From: an uncultured candidate division Zixibacteria bacterium
GTDB lineage: Bacteria > Zixibacteria > MSB-5A5 > GN15 > FEB-12
Length of the DNA stretch: 64,000 nucleotides
Direction of reading: 5' to 3'
Assembly: GCA_963735035.1 (NCBI GenBank)
Contig: CAVTJJ010000003.1
Location: 160,001-224,000 of the forward strand
Part shown: positions 58,909 through 64,000 of the stretch, piece after piece
How the letters are laid out: each line of letters begins with the position of its first letter
How positions within the stretch are numbered: the first letter of the stretch is position 1
Made by a program: the position numbers and the translations under genes
Notes under the pieces: generated by a model
Told to the model about the DNA's origin: nothing
Seen by the model: only the letters and a program-made list of their open reading frames with translations
Databases searched by the model: none

Positions 58909-61275
58909 CTAGATCTGGAAGAGGTACTGCAGTTTCATAAAGAACTGGCGCGAGCTCTGTCGCCAACCCATGCCGTTAGGGTCTGGTGGTGCGGATAGAC
59001 TGTACCCGCTGGGAACACCGAAATCGATCAGATCGTGAGTCGATCCAAGATAGAACATCGAGAACGAATTAATGCGATAGGTCAACAACGGATCGAATTC
59101 CCAACTGCGTCCGGCATAGTGGTTGTAGTCCGGACCAGCTCCCGTGTTCTGAACGTAGTCGTCATATTGCACTACCAGCCTGATCGAGAGCTGTGGATTT
59201 ACCTGCAGCCGTACACGAGTGCGCGCAATGGTCTCTTCGTACAGAAGGGCATGGGTGTCCACATGCTTGCTGCGCGCGTAGTTGATGCTCGGTTCGATTA
59301 TCAGGCGATCGATGGGCTTCAGCTCCAACCCGGCCGAAAAACTAGTCTCGTGTCCTTTAACACCGTTATAGACCGCCGGCGACTGCCCCAGTGAGTAGGA
59401 GAAATTGTAGCCGATCTGGTCGAAAGGCTGGCTGTTTACGAACAAATTGGCGTTGAAAACATTCTTATACTCATCACCGAACCAGCGTTCTGATCCCTGA
59501 CTGGTGTTGATCTGCACATAAGTCTGGGCCCAGCGCAGAATGGCGCCAAGGTTGGCGTTGAAGTGCGCCCACTTGCGAACCACTTTCTGGTCCCCCACAC
59601 CGAAATTCCAGCGGCGATCCACACCAATCTGTGGAAAGATCCGCTCGAAGATCCCCGTAGACGGCCGGAAATTGTAGGTAGTGAACGCGAAGAAATTCCT
59701 CTGGTCGGTCCAGGGATCATAGCCGATCTGAGTCCGATACGTCGGAGAGAGCTGGTTGTAATCGATGGTGAAATTCCAGTAGCGCGACCGGCGGCGCAAT
59801 TCCGTGATAAACGCCGTGCCGGTGTATGTTTCGCCGTCCAAACCGACCGTGTACCTGCCGTTGTCAAAGGTGCGTTGTTTTGGAATTCCCCGGTCGGCAT
59901 AGAACGCCGAATCGCTAATCATCGGTTCTTTCGTGTTACTGATAATTCCCTGTCCAACGATGCTGTAGGAGCGATTCAACTTCAGCTCACCGTCACCGGC
60001 CAGAATGATACCGGAACCATCATGCTCGTAAGCCCGATGGGCGGCCAGAAGACCGAGCGTGGAGCCATTTCCTATATTGCCCAGACCGCGCACAACGTTC
60101 ACGGTGCTCTTGCCTATTACAGGTGTCCAGCCCTGTTCCTCCGTGGGAATCGAGTACGGCGATTTCTCGTCGTGAGCCATGGTGTAGGCCATACTGAAGC
60201 CGTTCCAACGCGCCGTCGCTTTGGCCGCAAGATTCGGGTCATTCACCATGCGGGTGTAGAAAGAATTAAACAGAGTGATGAAGAGATCGGAGCCTTCCTG
60301 GAAGAACGGCCGCCGTTCGGGATAGAAAAGCGAAATGGTCGAATTCACGTCGACCTGAGCGGCATCGGCCTCGATCTGACTGAAATCAGGGTTGTATGTT
60401 CCTTCCACTGTGACATCTGAATTGACCGAATATTTCGTGCCCAGTGACAGGTTGCCCATGACATCATCGTTGCGAAATTTCATGTCGGGACGGATTTGTC
60501 CAGCCTGGGTGGAGACGAAGGACGGCAGCAATTCCAGCCCTTTGCCAGGCCGCACGCCCTCAATCCCCTTCACCGTCCCCCACTGACAGGGCCAGCACTG
60601 ATCGTCGTGAGTATTAGGCGACCAGGTGTACTGACGATAGGTTTCGCGCGGTTGCCCCCGCATGAAATCCATCCTCCAGCTCTGAACGTCCTGGTTTGGA
60701 AACCGGAGACTGGCAAACGGAATAGCAATTTCCACGGTGTATCCGGAATCGTTGATATGCGCCGCCGACTCCCAGATGAGGTCGAACCCTTGATTCTCGC
60801 CAGTGGTCTTGGTCCAGAGCATATCTCTCTGTATGCCGTAAGGGTTGACCTTGAATTCATACGCCCAGGCCGCGTCGCCGTAAGTGTCCAGAGCGACCAT
60901 TACTTCGTCATCGGACCCGTACTGGTCCCGCTGGCTCATCGTGGCGCGAATCGTCGAAGGATCATCATGGCAGATGAATCCAACATAGAGATTGTCGGAG
61001 CCATAAGTGACCAGCACTTCGGTTCGGACCGGCGGTTCGGTGTTGTCACCGGGAGCCCGTTCGACGAAATTGGCGGTGCGGGCGGCGGTACTCCACGCCG
61101 CATCGTCCAGGCGACCATCAAGTTTGATCTCGCTTGCAGCCGGCTTAGTATCCAGAATCGGGTTAAAGACGGGCGTGAAGGTGGGATTGGCGACAGCCAG
61201 AGTAGCTGTCAGCACTCCCAGCAAGATTGTCAGAAATCCGGCGCGGCGCAGACCTGACAGACAGAGCTGTAGCAT
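58909..61275 (-). CDS. CBM9-like + DUF5916 outer-membrane protein
   Basis: IKLDGRLDDAAW, VEIAIPFASLRF, NPDFSQIEAD, YPERRPFFQEG and C-terminal FMKLQYLFQI. Confidence 0.88.
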   Translation of the reverse strand: MLQLCLSGLRRAGFLTILLGVLTATLAVANPTFTPVFNPILDTKPAASEIKLDGRLDDAAWSTAARTANFVERAPGDNTEPPVRTEVLVTYGSDNLYVGFICHDDPSTIRATMSQRDQYGSDDEVMVALDTYGDAAWAYEFKVNPYGIQRDMLWTKTTGENQGFDLIWESAAHINDSGYTVEIAIPFASLRFPNQDVQSWRMDFMRGQPRETYRQYTWSPNTHDDQCWPCQWGTVKGIEGVRPGKGLELLPSFVSTQAGQIRPDMKFRNDDVMGNLSLGTKYSVNSDVTVEGTYNPDFSQIEADAAQVDVNSTISLFYPERRPFFQEGSDLFITLFNSFYTRMVNDPNLAAKATARWNGFSMAYTMAHDEKSPYSIPTEEQGWTPVIGKSTVNVVRGLGNIGNGSTLGLLAAHRAYEHDGSGIILAGDGELKLNRSYSIVGQGIISNTKEPMISDSAFYADRGIPKQRTFDNGRYTVGLDGETYTGTAFITELRRRSRYWNFTIDYNQLSPTYRTQIGYDPWTDQRNFFAFTTYNFRPSTGIFERIFPQIGVDRRWNFGVGDQKVVRKWAHFNANLGAILRWAQTYVQINTSQGSERWFGDEYKNVFNANLFVNSQPFDQIGYNFSYSLGQSPAVYNGVKGHETSFSAGLELKPIDRLIIEPSINYARSKHVDTHALLYEETIARTRVRLQVNPQLSIRLVVQYDDYVQNTGAGPDYNHYAGRSWEFDPLLTYRINSFSMFYLGSTHDLIDFGVPSGYSLSAPPDPNGMGWRQSSRQFFMKLQYLFQI

Positions 61276-61489
61276 AGAGACGGTCCTCGTTGTAAAGGGG
61301 CGCAGTACCCCTGTTCCTGTTGACCCCGTTTGTCAAACGAGGCTATGTACCCTGTAAATCGGTGCCTCTTACCAAAGCCTGTCCCGGGAACCCCTTGCCG
61401 GTCGATAGTAAATACGAACGAGCAGGCGAAATGTTTAGTGGGATTGTTTCACAATCTCGCTGAGACTGATGGGTAAGAGTTTTGCCGCA

Positions 61490-63340
61490 CTATCGCCGCC
61501 GACCGGACTTCCTCGCCTGATACCACTGAGCACGCGCCTGGGCGACCGAATCGTAGCGCGGCAATAGCCACGGCGACAACTTTTCCATCCAGCGACGGTG
61601 AATGGCGGCTTTGTCATTATTGCCAATAGTGTACTCGTAGACGTACAAATCAGCCTGAACTTCGGCTACCGTGCTGTCTATTTCGAGCGTCTGGTTCTGA
61701 AGCGCCTCTCCGTACTCAGCATGTTTCAACTGAAACTCAACTATCGCCAGTCTGTAAAGCAGATAAACATAGGGTGGATTCCCCCCGAGTTGAAGAGCTT
61801 CTTTGAAGTCGCGCTCGGCCTCAATCCACTTGCTGTCGTTCTGAGCGTTGGTGCCCCGGGCGTAAGCGTTCACAAACTCTTTTGGGCGTGGCGGCACGAA
61901 CAGAGCCTGGGGTGGACGCATCTTCCGAAAGACAGAAATAAGTGGGGAAGTTGGAACCACACTGGTAGGCTGATAGTACCAGGTTGCCCCACGATAGCAG
62001 TTCAGGAATTGATCGTAACTCAGGAGAACCCGCTCGGCGGGCGCCGACGGTTTCAGACCGGTCGAAAAGACTATGAAATCCGGCGCCTGTGCAAGCAAAT
62101 AGGGCGAGTTGAACGACCGTTCCCGCCAAGTAGATTCCAGACCTTCGGGAAAGGGTTCCGGGTGTCGGGCAATGGTGGAGTCAGTCAGTCCCAGCATATC
62201 TATCATGCGATGTCCGGTCAGTTCATAGCCGAGGCGGCCTATTGTGGTCGATGCCACACTGAAGTTTTCGAGGCCGATTTCTTTCAGGCGGTCGGCGAAG
62301 AAACCCATCTTCTGAACCAGCCCGGCTTCCCGACTTGCGTAGTCGAGGATATAGGCACGTGGCAGCCATAGTGAGGTAACAACCGAGAGTAACACGAACA
62401 CTGACAGCAGTGAATATCTCAATAGGGGCTTTAGGCGTTCGACCGACACCAAAATGATCATGATGACGGCAATTGCCAACAGCGACAGTATCGGGAGGAA
62501 GAATCGATGCACCATGAGGACATCGCCCCCTATGAGCACGATGTAAAGCGTAAAGCCGGCGGCCACGACCCAGATTGCATGAAGGGCCTCGTTCAGTTCA
62601 CGCCAGAAGAATGGCAATAGGAGCAGCCCTACCGCGAAGAAGGGATAATGTCCCGCGAATCCAACCGCGTACCCCCATCCGGTCGTCACTTGTTCCCAGG
62701 TGAAGGCCGTTTTCGCGTAGAACGGATTGGGCAAGAGCGAGCCGTAGTAGGCCAGCTTGAAGATCACAAACGGCAGCGAAAACAAGAACGCGATCCCCGC
62801 ACACGCGGCCGAGTAGAGCGGTCGGCGTTTGTAGATCAAGAGCTCGGCCAAAATCAAGAGCGCTCCCAGCAGTGCCCCTTCGGGTCGAATCAAAACCGCC
62901 GCCACGAGGACGGCTATGAGCTGCCAGGAACGAACGACAAACAGGTAAATCGCAAGCGTCATGAAAAATACAAACGCGGCCGTTTCGAGTCCTGACTGCG
63001 CCCAGTAAGCCAGGGACAGGTTGACCGCTACCAGCGCAGTCGGCAGCAGGGCTGCCCAGGGAGGGCGGCGCTCCAGACAACGGACCGCCAGAAAGAATGT
63101 CAGCAGTACGGCTCCTGCACCGAATGCAACTCCGACCACACGGGAGACAACGATGTAGTTGATCTTCGCCAGGCCACACAGTATCAGGCCGAGCACCCAG
63201 CCAAAATTGGTGTACCCCTCGATCCTTTCACCAACGTTATAGACCAGCCCGGCTCCGTGAAGGTAATTGGCCACGTACCGATAGGAGATGAAAGCGTCGT
63301 CCTGATAGAATCCAAAATTGAGAGCTTGCCAGACGAACAC
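61490..63340 (-). CDS. GT-C-type membrane glycosyltransferase-like protein with C-terminal TPR-like helices
   Basis: DDAFISYRY..GERIEGYTN, SGLET, RPEG, LPNPFYAK, RFFLP and IDMLGLTD motifs; start uncertain. Confidence 0.8.
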   Translation of the reverse strand: MFVWQALNFGFYQDDAFISYRYVANYLHGAGLVYNVGERIEGYTNFGWVLGLILCGLAKINYIVVSRVVGVAFGAGAVLLTFFLAVRCLERRPPWAALLPTALVAVNLSLAYWAQSGLETAAFVFFMTLAIYLFVVRSWQLIAVLVAAVLIRPEGALLGALLILAELLIYKRRPLYSAACAGIAFLFSLPFVIFKLAYYGSLLPNPFYAKTAFTWEQVTTGWGYAVGFAGHYPFFAVGLLLLPFFWRELNEALHAIWVVAAGFTLYIVLIGGDVLMVHRFFLPILSLLAIAVIMIILVSVERLKPLLRYSLLSVFVLLSVVTSLWLPRAYILDYASREAGLVQKMGFFADRLKEIGLENFSVASTTIGRLGYELTGHRMIDMLGLTDSTIARHPEPFPEGLESTWRERSFNSPYLLAQAPDFIVFSTGLKPSAPAERVLLSYDQFLNCYRGATWYYQPTSVVPTSPLISVFRKMRPPQALFVPPRPKEFVNAYARGTNAQNDSKWIEAERDFKEALQLGGNPPYVYLLYRLAIVEFQLKHAEYGEALQNQTLEIDSTVAEVQADLYVYEYTIGNNDKAAIHRRWMEKLSPWLLPRYDSVAQARAQWYQARKSGRRR

Positions 63341-63449
63341 AACGACAATCGCCCCGAGCAGCAGATATGTGAGCCAACGAGAGCGCTTGATCTGATTCGA
63401 TTATAGGCGGATCAACGGTCGATCGGCAACCGTAATCGCACTTGTGCGG

Positions 63450-64000
63450 CTATTCCGCCGGGAGCATGTCCGGGTTGCTCTGCTGAATCATGTCGAGATA
63501 CCCGAGCCCTTTGAGCCCACAGTACGATTCCGGAATCTTGTAGACTTCATCCCGAAGGGCGTCGTCAAGCGTTACGAACTTGTAGCCGGCATCGGTCAGG
63601 GCCTTGAGCAGTTCGTCCAGGAAAGCGGCATTGAGCTGATTGGCCCGTAGCAACAGAATCTGTTTCACCGGCCGGTCAATCAGGTTCTTCCCCAGGCGTT
63701 CGACCCGCTCCAGCTCGTCCAATACATGATTGATGTAATCGTTCAGTAACTGATTGAATCGCGCCGAATCGGGCGTCTTCCCAAGTTTGAGTAGATTCAG
63801 ATTGTACAGGTAATCTTCGGGTAGCACGGTCGCAGGGGCAATTACGAAATGGCGATCTTTCAGAAACGGTGTAACTGCCTTGCGACGCACCTGGGTATCA
63901 CCATAGTGCAGAAAAGGAAACCTGAAGTACCGCTTCTTCTGCCCGAATCCGGCCAGCATCGGCTCCAGGGCATCGGCCCCCTTCTGGATATCGCGTATGA
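63450..64000 (-). CDS. Polysaccharide deacetylase family protein (5' partial)
   Basis: Frame is open to the window edge; YFRFPFLHYG, QILLL and GYKFVTLDDAL motifs. Confidence 0.8.
   Translation of the reverse strand, partial: IRDIQKGADALEPMLAGFGQKKRYFRFPFLHYGDTQVRRKAVTPFLKDRHFVIAPATVLPEDYLYNLNLLKLGKTPDSARFNQLLNDYINHVLDELERVERLGKNLIDRPVKQILLLRANQLNAAFLDELLKALTDAGYKFVTLDDALRDEVYKIPESYCGLKGLGYLDMIQQSNPDMLPAE

Overview
GC-rich bacterial chromosome segment, probably from an FCB-group organism. Candidate phylum Zixibacteria is the best guess, inferred from the Cys-flanked dockerin-like modules and the TonB-receptor/CTD-protein/PorV-like operon. It holds about 45 CDSs. Housekeeping genes are dnaX-ybaB-recR, sthA, rmuC, pyrE, acpS, nrdJ and comM/yifB. 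Accessory genes encode many secreted or outer-membrane proteins and a five-gene signalling operon. RNA genes are tRNA-Ala(CGC) and a large Alu-domain SRP RNA. The most notable non-coding content is: (1) a REP-associated tyrosine transposase (RAYT) flanked by GTGC-tagged palindromes and a 40-bp tandem array; (2) many dispersed GTGC-, GTAG- and CGTC-tagged palindrome families forming mosaics; (3) an IS481-family element inserted in the loop of a REP with a 10-bp target duplication; (4) a ~375-bp REP-mosaic direct repeat bracketing a dockerin-bearing gene; (5) two unannotated structured RNA candidates with their own promoter-like motifs and terminators (9.17-9.35 kb and 50.68-50.91 kb). All calls come from reading the sequence by eye; no database searches were run.
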